Shown: positions 51,419 to 61,543, numbered from the stretch's first letter. The stretch is 64,000 bases of DNA from Oscillospiraceae bacterium (GCA_015065325.1 SVQO01000007.1:7504-71503), one strand, 5' to 3'. Notes: generated by a model from the sequence alone, not told the origin. Translations and numbers: made by a program.

Positions 51419-51461
51419 TAAAGACAAAAGGAGAGGGAACCACTCTCCTTTTGTCTTTATT
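51419..51461 (-). terminator. Terminator after metH
   Basis: TAAAGACAAAAGGAGAG/CTCTCCTTTTGTCTTTA. Confidence 0.8.
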
Positions 51462-53857
51462 TATTTCCGCTGTTCGATCAACTCAGCCCAACGGACGGCT
51501 GCCATAGCGTCGGGTGCATAATGATCTGCACCAATAGTTTTTGCATATTCTTCAGTGAGGACAGCGCCGCCAACGATCACCTTGCACCAAGGCGCTTTTT
51601 TATGCAAAAGGCGAACGGTTTCTTCCATTGCGGGAACGGTGGTGGTCATCAGAGCAGAAAGTCCTGCAAAAGGAGCTTTGACTTCAATTACTTTTTCCAC
51701 AAATATATTGGGGGCAACGTCTTTACCGAGATCGATCACGTCAAAGCCGTAGTTTTCCAACAATAGCTTTACGATGTTTTTGCCAATGTCATGAATGTCA
51801 CCTTTTACGGTGGCAAGGACAAATTTTGCTTTTTTTCCTGTGCTTTCCGTTTCGGACAGTGCGGCTTTAATCACTTCAAAAGCACTTTTTGCCGCTTCTG
51901 CACTCATCAAAAGCTGAGGAAGAAATATGCGCTTTTCTTCAAAGCCAACGCCAACCTTGTTTAGGGCAGGGATGATCTCGCTATTGACGACATCAAGGGG
52001 AGCTTTCGTTTGGACCAACTTCTCGGTCAGATCTTTTGCTTGTTCACAAAGGCCTTTTTGAATGGCTCCCTGCAGATCCTTCGTATTGACATCTGCTTCC
52101 TTGATCCTTATCGGCGCTGCTGCCGTGGTTTGAAATTCATCTGCGTGAGCGATGTAGTCTGCGCAGTTATCGTCCAGCCCGCGGAGAGCACGAAACGCAA
52201 AATACGTTTTCATCATATCTGCGGAAAAGGGATTCATAATTGCGGCAGAGAGTCCGTTTTCAAGTGCCATGGCAAAAAACGTACCGTTAATGGCGTCGCG
52301 AACGGGAAGACCGAAAGAGATATTTGATACGCCCAGAGAGGTGTGACAACCCATTTTTTCGCGAATATGGCGCAAAGCCGTTAACGTTTCAACTGCCGCC
52401 CTTGAATCTGCACTGACTGTCAATGCCAGGGTATCAAAGATCAGATCCTTTTTATGAATTCCGTATTCTTCCGCCTTGGTTAGAATTTTTTCAGCAATTT
52501 CGATTCGTTTTTCGGCAGTCTCGGGAATACCGCTTTCATCCAAGGTAAGGCATACGACGACACCGCCGTACTTTTTTGCCAACGGGAAGATCGCTTCCAT
52601 GCTTTCAAGCTTCCCGCTGACGGAGTTGATCATTGCTTTCCCGTTGTAGCGGCGAAGCGCTTGCTCCATTGCGTTCGGATCAGCGGTATCAATCTGCAGG
52701 GGGAGATCAAGAATGGCTTGAAGCTCCGTTACCGCACTTGTCAGCATCGCCGCTTCGTCAATTTCCGGTAGACCTACGTTGACATCCAGAATGTGAACTT
52801 CTTTTTCTTTTTGTTTCACTCCCTCGTTCAGGATGTAAGCCATATCGTTTTCTGCCAAAGCCTGTTTGAATCTTTTTTTGCCGGTCGGGTTGATTCGTTC
52901 GCCGATGAGGATCGGCTCATTGCCGAATTTTACAGTGTGGCTGTAAGAGGATACGATAGTATTATTTTTCAGCGAAATCGGAATAGGCGAGTATCCTTCG
53001 ATTTTTTTTGCGAGGGCAGAAATGTATTCGGGAGTGGTGCCGCAGCAACCGCCGACTGCACGAACGCCCATTTTCACAATTTCTGAAAGATCTTTTGCGA
53101 ATTCTTCTGCGGTTACGTTATAAACCGTAGCCCCGTTTTCCATTTTAGGAAGCCCGGCGTTGGGTTTCAGTAGGACGGGAACGGACGCGGCTTCGAGGAG
53201 TTTTTTTGCAACACCGATCAACTGCTTGGGACCGAGGGAGCAGTTTGCACCAACGGCGTCAGCACCAAGTCCCTCCAGCATTGCGACCATTGCTTCAGGG
53301 GTGGCACCCGTCATTAGCTTTTCATCCGCACCGTAGGCGTTGGAAACGATAACGGGGAGGTCGCAAGATTCTTTGGCAGCCAAAAGTGCAGCCTTCGTTT
53401 CATAACTGTCGTTCATGGTTTCGATAAAAACGAGATCGACGCCGGCCTTTACACCGATATTTATGCTTTTTTTGAAAACGTTGACTGCTTCTTCAAAATC
53501 CAGATCACCGTAAGGCTTGAGAAGCTTACCGGTAGGACCCAGATCGAGGGCAATAAAGGTTTCCTTTTTTGTGTTTGAAGCAAGAACCGCTGCTTTTGCG
53601 TTATCAACTGCGGCAAAGATTATTTCATTGAGCTCATTGTCGTCAAACTTTAAGCAGTTTGCGCCGAAGGTATTTGTGGAGATCACGTTGCTTCCTGCGT
53701 CGAGATATGCAGTGTGAATTTCACGAATCACCTCGGGGTGCGATACGTTCCACCGTTCGGGAAGTTCGCCGGGCAAAAGGCCCTTATTTTGCAGAAGTGT
53801 ACCCATTCCGCCGTCTAAAATGACAAGATTGTTTTTTAAAAATTTTTTGAACGTCAT
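51461..53857 (-). CDS. metH: B12-dependent methionine synthase core (Hcy, pterin, cap and B12 domains; no fused reactivation domain)
   Basis: LDGGMGT, GANCS, GGCCGT, GERINPTG, GDIHDIGKN. Confidence 0.93.
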   Translation of the reverse strand: MTFKKFLKNNLVILDGGMGTLLQNKGLLPGELPERWNVSHPEVIREIHTAYLDAGSNVISTNTFGANCLKFDDNELNEIIFAAVDNAKAAVLASNTKKETFIALDLGPTGKLLKPYGDLDFEEAVNVFKKSINIGVKAGVDLVFIETMNDSYETKAALLAAKESCDLPVIVSNAYGADEKLMTGATPEAMVAMLEGLGADAVGANCSLGPKQLIGVAKKLLEAASVPVLLKPNAGLPKMENGATVYNVTAEEFAKDLSEIVKMGVRAVGGCCGTTPEYISALAKKIEGYSPIPISLKNNTIVSSYSHTVKFGNEPILIGERINPTGKKRFKQALAENDMAYILNEGVKQKEKEVHILDVNVGLPEIDEAAMLTSAVTELQAILDLPLQIDTADPNAMEQALRRYNGKAMINSVSGKLESMEAIFPLAKKYGGVVVCLTLDESGIPETAEKRIEIAEKILTKAEEYGIHKKDLIFDTLALTVSADSRAAVETLTALRHIREKMGCHTSLGVSNISFGLPVRDAINGTFFAMALENGLSAAIMNPFSADMMKTYFAFRALRGLDDNCADYIAHADEFQTTAAAPIRIKEADVNTKDLQGAIQKGLCEQAKDLTEKLVQTKAPLDVVNSEIIPALNKVGVGFEEKRIFLPQLLMSAEAAKSAFEVIKAALSETESTGKKAKFVLATVKGDIHDIGKNIVKLLLENYGFDVIDLGKDVAPNIFVEKVIEVKAPFAGLSALMTTTVPAMEETVRLLHKKAPWCKVIVGGAVLTEEYAKTIGADHYAPDAMAAVRWAELIEQRK

Positions 53858-53862
53858 ATAAA

Positions 53863-54468
53863 TCACTTACTCTCTGATTTTTTGATACCGACAAAAGCGG
53901 TCACGGATTTTGATGGGGAAAGCAGAAGACTCTCGTTGAGATAGACGCCAATCGTTTGATTGGTATTGAGTAAAGCCAGGATTTCCTTCTGATAATCCAA
54001 TGGTAGATCTCCGTATCCCGGGCTGAATCGCGGTGTGAACGCAAACCCTTGTTCGTGTTGAATTTTTTTGCAAAAGGTGTCGCACAGTGCCTCAACTCGC
54101 TCTGTTCCGATGCTATGTAGCATTAGAGCCTTGGCAGGGGAGAGTGATTTGTATTTTTCTATCAATCTGTCAATTTTAAGACCTGCACTGGCAACCATCA
54201 AGATCACGCTGTCACATTGTCGGAGATTTTTTTCAAGATCCTTGGATTCGATCCTCATATTTCCGATACAAAGCATTTTGTTTTCTCGTGTGATGCTGAA
54301 AACTCTATATGCCACTCTTTCGCTGAAAATATCTTTGCATTCAGCAAGACATTCGCGCAGAAGCTTGTCTGTTTCGTTCGAGGGCTTTGCAACTCCTGAA
54401 TATCGTAGGATTTCTTTTACGGAAACAGGCGGCAGGGAGCAGTTTTCAATGAAAACAGGAGAAATCAT
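53863..54468 (-). CDS. Stand-alone methionine synthase reactivation domain
   Basis: RFSPGYGD, PSKSVTA. Confidence 0.88.
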   Translation of the reverse strand: MISPVFIENCSLPPVSVKEILRYSGVAKPSNETDKLLRECLAECKDIFSERVAYRVFSITRENKMLCIGNMRIESKDLEKNLRQCDSVILMVASAGLKIDRLIEKYKSLSPAKALMLHSIGTERVEALCDTFCKKIQHEQGFAFTPRFSPGYGDLPLDYQKEILALLNTNQTIGVYLNESLLLSPSKSVTAFVGIKKSESK

Positions 54469-55343
54469 TTGCCCAAAATATCGGAAAGATTGGCTTGAAT
54501 TTTTGCAGCTACGTCAGGCTTATTCATAGAATAAACGTGAACGCCGTTGATTCCGTTCGCGTACAGATCGATGATCTGGTCTGTGGCGTAGGCGATGCCG
54601 GCTTGTTTCATGGCATCGGGATCCGAGCCGAATTTATCCACAAGACTTTTGAACCTCTGGGGCATAAAGGAGCCGGAAAGTTGAATTGCTCTTGAGACCT
54701 GATTCGCGTTTGTGATCGGCATAATGCCCGGAATGATGGGGACGGTAACGCCTGCTTCGCGAATCTTGTAAAGGAAATTGTAAAGAAGATTATTGTCGAA
54801 AAACATTTGAGTTGTCAGAAATTCGCATCCCGCATCAACCTTTTCTTTCAGGTATTTAATATCTTCTTTCTGATTTTGACTTTCGGGATGGATCTCCGGA
54901 TAACAAGCGCCGCCAATACAAAAATCCGGGTTTTCCGATTTCAATTCAAAGATCAGATCTGTGGCGTGTTTATAATCCCAACCGCTTCTGTCTGCATTCA
55001 AAAGATTTGCGGGAATATCTCCTCGAAGTGCCATAATGTTCTCAATGCCGGCTTTGCGAATTTCAAGAATCTTTTCTTTTACGGTAGCTCGTGTAGAAGA
55101 AACGCATGTCAAGTGGGCAAGCGTAGGAACTCCGTGAAGAGCCTTGATATTCTTTGAAATTTCAAGTGTATATTTACTTGTTCCGCCGCCGGCTCCGTAG
55201 GTTACGCTCATAAAAGAAGGACGGAGCTTTGCGATCTCTTCAACGGCAAGCCTTACGCTTTCAAAGCTGCTTTCTGTTTTGGGAGGGAAAACCTCGAAGG
55301 ATAGAGTAAGCTTATCTGATTTTAATACGTCGGTGATTTTCAT
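54465..55343 (-). CDS. metF: 5,10-methylene-THF reductase
   Basis: SFEVFPPK, SVTYGAGG, ALRGD, TQMFFD. Confidence 0.95.
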   Translation of the reverse strand: MKITDVLKSDKLTLSFEVFPPKTESSFESVRLAVEEIAKLRPSFMSVTYGAGGGTSKYTLEISKNIKALHGVPTLAHLTCVSSTRATVKEKILEIRKAGIENIMALRGDIPANLLNADRSGWDYKHATDLIFELKSENPDFCIGGACYPEIHPESQNQKEDIKYLKEKVDAGCEFLTTQMFFDNNLLYNFLYKIREAGVTVPIIPGIMPITNANQVSRAIQLSGSFMPQRFKSLVDKFGSDPDAMKQAGIAYATDQIIDLYANGINGVHVYSMNKPDVAAKIQANLSDILGK

Positions 55344-55347
55344 AAAA

Positions 55348-55731
55348 TCATTCCTTTTCTGTTTCAAGATCTTTTTTTGTTTTTGTCAGACGATGACTCA
55401 TAGCAATCAATCCATAGAGCTCATCCGAATCGGTTTTGGAGTTGATTTCAACGGTGATCCACTTTTCTTTATTCATGTGGTAAGCCGGATGAAAGCCTTT
55501 CTTCCCGCGTAAAATATCGCCGAGGATAGGATCAACTTTCAAATTGACTACGGTAACGGGTTCGTTGCCGTTTAACCCTAAAACCCTTGGATCAAGCTCC
55601 ATTACGACTGCAAACCACTTTCTTCCGCTAGGGTGGCGGTAAATAGCCGTTGCAGGATTCTTTGCAAACAATCGTTCCGCCGATACCCCGTAGGTATCAT
55701 GAATCTGTTTATCAAGTTCAAATCTAGTCAT
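55348..55731 (-). CDS. MmcQ/YjbR family protein
   Basis: KWFA, VNLK, PAYHMNKEKW. Confidence 0.9.
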   Translation of the reverse strand: MTRFELDKQIHDTYGVSAERLFAKNPATAIYRHPSGRKWFAVVMELDPRVLGLNGNEPVTVVNLKVDPILGDILRGKKGFHPAYHMNKEKWITVEINSKTDSDELYGLIAMSHRLTKTKKDLETEKE

Positions 55732-55799
55732 CTTATTGCCTTTGTAAATTTATTCAATTTATCTTAACACATTGGCGAAAAAAATGCAAGAATATACAT

Positions 55800-55831
55800 A
55801 AAAAAGCTGTGCGCGAAAGCACAGCTTTTTT
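55800..55831 (-). terminator. Terminator ending the AraC-hydrolase operon
   Basis: AAAAAGCTGTGC/GCACAGCTTTTT. Confidence 0.85.
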
Positions 55832-55833
55832 AA

Positions 55834-56922
55834 TCAAAGAATATTAAGAAATTTGCGGAAAGGTGGAAGCATTGCTTCCGCCCAAATTCGGCAGCCTTCT
55901 TCGTTGGGATGCTTTTCGTATTTGCTTTTTCCTTCCCACTGGGAGTAATCCACAAGAAGAGGTGCAATATGAAAGAATCCGTCTGCTTCGTTGGAAAGCT
56001 CGTTTACAAGGTATTGGTTGATTGCATTCCAACGCTCAAGATAATCGTCCTGCCAGTCAAAGGGAGGAACGGAAATCAGAAAAACCTTGATCCCTGCGTC
56101 TTTAAGCTTTTTGACGATCGTGGCAAAGTCTTTTTTCATACCTTCTACGCTTCTGCCGCGTCCTACGTCATTGCTTCCATAGGCAACGACCACCGCATCC
56201 ATTTGCTTGGCTTTAAAGAGCCAGGCTCCGTCACTTGCGGCATCTTGTCCCTTTCCATAGCCGATGCCGAGATTCCAGTAAGAGAATTCCTCTCCGATGG
56301 AATCACTGATAAGAGCATTCCAATGGGTATAAGCATTAGATGGAGTTCCGACGCCCTGTGTAATGGAATCACCAAGATAACCGATTTTTTTTCTGACCTT
56401 GCGGTCACATCCGATCATTCCGGGGATCGGTACGCGTTTGTCAGGAACGAAACGTCCGTTTTCCAGCGTAAAAATCGGCAAAATGGATTCCCAATGGTAG
56501 GGGATCATCGCACCGCGATAACGAACCTCATAGCAGAGAAAATCTCCTTTTTCTGCAGTTAACTCTACGGGGTCAGAGGTGAAAAACTCGGCAGGCATTA
56601 CGTGCTTCGACTTCTGTCCTCCAAAAGTCAGAGAAACAAAGTTTTCGACTTCACCTGCAACCTCTGGAGAGGTTTCCTTGCAGATTCCGACTTTTGCTTC
56701 CAGAAGCTCCCACTCGTCGCAGATCTTATTACAGCAGCTTTCTTCGCCGAATTTGTAGGTGCTGTCCATTATGTTGGAAAAGAGAAGGGAATAGTTATAT
56801 GTTCCTCCTGCAAAGATCTTATAATAGATCCTGCCGGTCATTTCCTTTCCTTCTGTGCTGAATATCAACTGATTTCCTCCCGCACCCAAGGTGTTGGAGG
56901 AATAGGTTTCAAACCATTTCAC
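55834..56922 (-). CDS. SGNH/GDSL hydrolase with an N-terminal extra domain
   Basis: LGDSITQG, NLGIG, GSND, HPN. Confidence 0.88.
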   Translation of the reverse strand: MKWFETYSSNTLGAGGNQLIFSTEGKEMTGRIYYKIFAGGTYNYSLLFSNIMDSTYKFGEESCCNKICDEWELLEAKVGICKETSPEVAGEVENFVSLTFGGQKSKHVMPAEFFTSDPVELTAEKGDFLCYEVRYRGAMIPYHWESILPIFTLENGRFVPDKRVPIPGMIGCDRKVRKKIGYLGDSITQGVGTPSNAYTHWNALISDSIGEEFSYWNLGIGYGKGQDAASDGAWLFKAKQMDAVVVAYGSNDVGRGRSVEGMKKDFATIVKKLKDAGIKVFLISVPPFDWQDDYLERWNAINQYLVNELSNEADGFFHIAPLLVDYSQWEGKSKYEKHPNEEGCRIWAEAMLPPFRKFLNIL

Positions 56923-56933
56923 GGCGTTTCTCC

Positions 56934-57971
56934 TCAGGCATCCAACAGGGGATTATCAAGATACTTTGCGGGGTTTTTGACCAAAACGGTTTCCAGGATT
57001 TCTTCTGCGTTGTCGTATTTTTCGCGGATCATGTTTGCAATCTTGGTAACGAAATGTGCGTATCCGGGCCCCTCGTGGGTCACAAGAAGCTTTTTCAGAC
57101 AGATGTCGCAGGATACAAGAATGTTGTTCACGTAGCCGGCGTCAATGAGTTGATAAAAGACCTCCATTCTTTCTGCATCGGTGGGGAATCTGCCGTAAGC
57201 GCAGGGAATTGGGTACTCTTTTCCAAAATTGTCAAATTCAAGATAAACACCGCGATCCATAATCTTTTTCATATCTTCGACGTCAAGAAGAATATCCGTA
57301 TGGCAAATAGCAATGTTTTCAGGCTTTACACCTTCGCGTTCGAGAAGATCGATTACAAAAATTCCGTGTTGAGCCCATGGACTCAAATGAACCATAATGG
57401 GCGCACCGGTTTTTTTGTGAGCGATGGCAGAGGCTTTCAAAACACGGATCTCCTCGGGATTGATCTCGGTGCTTGTGCCGATCTCTCCGATGATGCCGGC
57501 TTTAATGTCTGTTCCGTCGATGCCTTCGGTCAGCTCTTTTACCATTACTTCTGCGATTTCCTCGATGGACATATTTTTGATTTTGTCTGGATGAGCGTCA
57601 TAGGTGTAGTAGCCGCAACAGGTAACGACGTTCATACCTGTTTCTGCCGAAAGTCTTTTCAAAAATTTTACGTCTCTGCCGATTCCGTCGATGGTAACGT
57701 CAACAAAGGTCTTACCACCCGCTTTGGTAAAAAGAGAGATTTCTTTGATGGCAAGGTCGTGATCGTCAAGCAGAAGATTGTCGCGCAGCTCGTAGCAGTT
57801 TGCCATTAAGGCGTCGTAATATTGCGGAGCAACCTTCGCATCCCAGCCAACGGAACCTGGGGTGCGGTCACCGAAGTATTGAATGCTGATGTCGATCAGC
57901 GCGTGCTCGTGAGGCGTGGTAATGCCGAGTTCTTCTTTTTTTACCACGCCGTTTACGGTCATAATACCCAT
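56934..57971 (-). CDS. Phosphotriesterase-homology (PHP/PTE) amidohydrolase
   Basis: TTPHEH, GIGRD, GEIG, MVH, CHTD, SCD. Confidence 0.9.
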   Translation of the reverse strand: MGIMTVNGVVKKEELGITTPHEHALIDISIQYFGDRTPGSVGWDAKVAPQYYDALMANCYELRDNLLLDDHDLAIKEISLFTKAGGKTFVDVTIDGIGRDVKFLKRLSAETGMNVVTCCGYYTYDAHPDKIKNMSIEEIAEVMVKELTEGIDGTDIKAGIIGEIGTSTEINPEEIRVLKASAIAHKKTGAPIMVHLSPWAQHGIFVIDLLEREGVKPENIAICHTDILLDVEDMKKIMDRGVYLEFDNFGKEYPIPCAYGRFPTDAERMEVFYQLIDAGYVNNILVSCDICLKKLLVTHEGPGYAHFVTKIANMIREKYDNAEEILETVLVKNPAKYLDNPLLDA

Positions 57972-57982
57972 AATAGTTCTCC

Positions 57983-59917
57983 TTATTCAATAAATGCTTC
58001 TTCCTGTTCCTTGATTCGGTTCAGGATCTTGCTTTCCCATACGAGAATGAATTCGAAAACGTCAAACTCTTTTTGGAAGCGCATCTCGTTTTTGCAGGCA
58101 AAGCTGCGAGCATCTGCCCAAGCGGGATCCATTTCTTCATTTTTTCCTGTGGCTGCCAGAAGAAGAACCCTTGCAGTCTTTCTGCAAAGCTCTGTGTAGA
58201 ACAGCAAGCATTCCCAAGATCGTTTCCAAACCTCGTCCGAAGTGTTGAGATTCTCTTTGATGGTCGGTAAAAAGCTATCAATCAGTAGAGGGATTTTTGC
58301 GTAATTTGCTGCGTTTTTTGGATTTCGTACGGGCGTTTCACCACGCAAAACCGTGGGGTCGTAGAGCTCTGACAAGGTTGCAAGAAAAGGCTTTACTTTT
58401 TCGCCGTCTTTTCCGTAGCAGGCGTAAAAATAACTGTCGGAATTGGCATTAAAACCGTTTTTGCCGCTCCATAGTGCTTGTCCCATAATATTCATTCCAA
58501 GACCGTTAGGCATAAAAACGCGCATGTTTTGGCAGCTCATCATTCCATTTAAGCCAAGGCTTCGGAAGTCTTCAACGTCCTGTGCCATGATTTGTACGCT
58601 TTTATAGCATCCGGGATCATTGATATAATCCCACATATAGTGGTAGTCAAAAATGAAACTATCACCGTGGAACAACTTTTGCCATGAATGAAGATAGGGA
58701 AGTGTATCGCCGGCGCCGGGAGTAGGTACGAAACCGTTTCTCTTGAAAGGCGGCTCCTTTTTTCCACTGTCAGATGCGAGAGGAACAGAATAGCTTCTTC
58801 GAATGGGGGCGTAAAGAAGTACGAAACGATCTTGGTTGTTAAGTACTTCTTTTTCAGGCTCCCACAAAAGATCGAGATAGATCAAAAAAACGATTTTTGT
58901 TTCAAGTCCTTCACGGGTCAACCGATCGTCTATCATATTGAGAATCTTTACGTAGTGATCGGAAGGGCGGGCGGTTGCGCAATGCGAGCATTCACATTGA
59001 TTGTTTAACGTGTCAGCAAACCAGAAATGAACGTATTGGACTGTAGGATTTTCCTTTGCGTAGGTTACAACCTCATCAACAAGAAGCTGTTGCACTTCGG
59101 GATCGGAATAGCACAGATTGGTATCGATCCCCGACCCCTTAAAAAGACACTTTTTTCCGTCAATGGTTGCAATCAGCTTTTCTCTGCCGGGAATTACCTC
59201 GTCATCACGGTTCTGTTCGTGCCAGGCGCCGCTGATCATTCCCAGAATTTTGGAACCCCAACCGTGACCGATTCTCTGGTGCTGTAGGCCACGCAAAGCG
59301 ATTTCGCGATCAAAGTCTTGCACGAATGAATCGATTGTATCTAAGGAAACGGGGGTGGGCGTAAATTCGGGATTGCTGTAATGCTCATACCAACGGCGAA
59401 ACGTCCATGCGGGGCGGAACAATTGGGTAAAAAACTCGTTGAATCCCAGCTTCGGAGCCCAATCAATCATATCGACGACGTTTTCGTAACAGTTTGATCC
59501 CTCTAGACAAAGGCCGCGGTGTCTGTAAGCGGGAGTTTCGCTCAAAGTGACACAAATCTGAGATGAGTCGGTTTCGGGAGTGAATTCTCCTGCTCTGCCT
59601 GGACGAACGAAAACGCAGCCTGCTTCGCGAAAGAAACGGTAAACTGCAATTAACACGCTTCGGTCATTAACACCGACGATTTTTCCGCTGCAGCTTTTTA
59701 TGTCGATACGGATTCCATCGTCGATGATAGGATCTTCAATTTCTGAAAAAGCAGCTTTGCCAATATATAGAATGTCCCCGGATGGCAAGTTGTTGTTATC
59801 GTAAATGACAACAGTGGAGGCGGGATCCATTTTTTTCATAATTCGCGCGAATTCTTCGGCGGCGAAGCGAATCGTCGGGGAATCTTCTGTGATAACGTTC
59901 CAAATTCTTTGCTTCAT
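57983..59917 (-). CDS. DUF4838-like protein (putative TIM-barrel glycoside hydrolase-like)
   Basis: GH20/GH67-like N-terminal domain (GVNDRSVLIAVYRF), PAYRHRG, NLCYSDP, CECSHC. Confidence 0.7.
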   Translation of the reverse strand: MKQRIWNVITEDSPTIRFAAEEFARIMKKMDPASTVVIYDNNNLPSGDILYIGKAAFSEIEDPIIDDGIRIDIKSCSGKIVGVNDRSVLIAVYRFFREAGCVFVRPGRAGEFTPETDSSQICVTLSETPAYRHRGLCLEGSNCYENVVDMIDWAPKLGFNEFFTQLFRPAWTFRRWYEHYSNPEFTPTPVSLDTIDSFVQDFDREIALRGLQHQRIGHGWGSKILGMISGAWHEQNRDDEVIPGREKLIATIDGKKCLFKGSGIDTNLCYSDPEVQQLLVDEVVTYAKENPTVQYVHFWFADTLNNQCECSHCATARPSDHYVKILNMIDDRLTREGLETKIVFLIYLDLLWEPEKEVLNNQDRFVLLYAPIRRSYSVPLASDSGKKEPPFKRNGFVPTPGAGDTLPYLHSWQKLFHGDSFIFDYHYMWDYINDPGCYKSVQIMAQDVEDFRSLGLNGMMSCQNMRVFMPNGLGMNIMGQALWSGKNGFNANSDSYFYACYGKDGEKVKPFLATLSELYDPTVLRGETPVRNPKNAANYAKIPLLIDSFLPTIKENLNTSDEVWKRSWECLLFYTELCRKTARVLLLAATGKNEEMDPAWADARSFACKNEMRFQKEFDVFEFILVWESKILNRIKEQEEAFIE

Positions 59918-59943
59918 AAGAGAAAATACCTTTATTTTTTTGT

Positions 59944-60312
59944 TTAGAAGGAGTATCCTTCAACACTGTAATAAGCCATATTGGTCTGCCTGACGTCAAG
60001 TCTGCCGAAGCAAGCACAAATTGGAATATCGCTTTGTACCCAGACCGTGTATTGTACGGACTCACCAAGCATCAAGCCGCGCTCACCCAAGGGGTGATCC
60101 AATCGGATGCAAGTAGTTCTCATTCCCTCAAGCTCAACAAAGATCCCTCTTTCGGGATCCTTGTCTTCAAAAAGGAAGGTGAGCTCGATTTTTGCTTTTT
60201 CATTATTCAGGTTGGTGAGCATCAAGGCTTCGTGTCCCTCGAAGTTGGGATTGTCCCCGTGAGGAGGAAGATAGCCGTCGCAGAAGACCCAATTTCTTTT
60301 TCCTTTTTCCAT
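59944..60312 (-). CDS. Anabaena sensory rhodopsin transducer (ASRT) family protein
   Basis: GKRNWVFCDGYLP, GHEA...N, SDIPI, RLDVRQ. Confidence 0.82.
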   Translation of the reverse strand: MEKGKRNWVFCDGYLPPHGDNPNFEGHEALMLTNLNNEKAKIELTFLFEDKDPERGIFVELEGMRTTCIRLDHPLGERGLMLGESVQYTVWVQSDIPICACFGRLDVRQTNMAYYSVEGYSF

Positions 60313-60323
60313 GATATTCTCCT

Positions 60324-61523
60324 TTATTTCTTGAAGATCTGAGGAATGGCTTTGTCGTTGTAGGTGGTCATACGCTGAGCGCCTTTTGCGGTGATCAGAT
60401 AGCAGTCCTCAACACGGAAGGAGCCCCATTCCATTCCCTTAAAATATGCGTCAATACAGATCGCCATGCCTTCTTCGATGATTCTCTTGTTGTTGACGGA
60501 GAATACGGGAGCTTCGCATTCCAGCATACCGGTGCTGTGAAGGCTTCCGTAGGGACAATAGTCAATATAACCGTACTTGGTCAGATAATCGGTGTAAGCG
60601 TTCAGTACGACGTCGCAGGGGGTACCGGGAACCATCAAAGCACTTGCTTCATTGAGAGCTTCATAAGCGCAAAGAACGGCGTCTGTGATCTTCTGGGGAA
60701 TTTCGCCGAGTACGAGGGGACTGCAGCAAATACCGTTATAGCCTTCGTAGCATACACCTGCTGCAAGATTGATGATCTCGCTTTCCCCGATCTGGCGCAT
60801 GGTATTCTTGCACATGCTGATAAAGGAATTCTTGGGACCGGTTGCTACCATAGGAGAAAATGCCTGAACGTAACTTTCGGCACCAAGGGTCATCATTTCT
60901 GCTTCAAACATACCTTCGATGTGTCTTTCGGTCATTCCTTTTTCGATTCTGGGTACCACGTTTTCAAAGAGCTTCGTGGTCATTTCCCAGTTGGTTTTCA
61001 AAAGCTCGATTTCCGCCGGGCTCTTTCTGATTCTCTGCTCGTAGTGAATATCGTCGCAGTCAACGATCTCTGCTTCTGAGAATACTTTTTTCAGCTTGTT
61101 CATAATGATTGCTGGGAAGATCAGTCTGCCGATGAAGCCAACTTTCTTTGCACCGGGATGCTCTGCTTTAACCTGCTTGAAAAGCTCCTCGAAGTCAAGC
61201 TGCCCCTCGGTATCGTATTCGAAGCCGCTGACTTCGCCGATCTCCGGAAGAATTGCAATGCGGCTGTTCGGAAGTTTGTTTTCGACTTGGCAGTAATCGT
61301 AGGAAGCCTGTCCGCTGCAGACGATTACCTCACCTTCGGCAGGGATCACGATTGCGGAATTTTCGTTTACGGGTGCAAATCCGCAATAGTAGCGAACGAT
61401 TGCAATTTCCAGCAGGTTAGAATAACCGACCACGATATCGATTCCGTTTTCTGCCATCTTTGCGCGCAGTGCATCAACTCTTGCTTGAAATTCTTTTCCT
61501 TCAATGGGCTTTGCGTAGTACAT
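60324..61523 (-). CDS. M24 (creatinase/prolidase fold) hydrolase with a non-canonical metal site
   Basis: Creatinase_N-like start, RIRKSPAEI, HSTG, FRVED. Confidence 0.85.
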   Translation of the reverse strand: MYYAKPIEGKEFQARVDALRAKMAENGIDIVVGYSNLLEIAIVRYYCGFAPVNENSAIVIPAEGEVIVCSGQASYDYCQVENKLPNSRIAILPEIGEVSGFEYDTEGQLDFEELFKQVKAEHPGAKKVGFIGRLIFPAIIMNKLKKVFSEAEIVDCDDIHYEQRIRKSPAEIELLKTNWEMTTKLFENVVPRIEKGMTERHIEGMFEAEMMTLGAESYVQAFSPMVATGPKNSFISMCKNTMRQIGESEIINLAAGVCYEGYNGICCSPLVLGEIPQKITDAVLCAYEALNEASALMVPGTPCDVVLNAYTDYLTKYGYIDYCPYGSLHSTGMLECEAPVFSVNNKRIIEEGMAICIDAYFKGMEWGSFRVEDCYLITAKGAQRMTTYNDKAIPQIFKK

Positions 61524-61543
61524 AATTGTCCTCCTGAATATAA

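Noticed and set aside
51461-54468. Split methionine synthase
   Set aside because: A separate reactivation domain is already known (e.g. Thermotoga, many clostridia).
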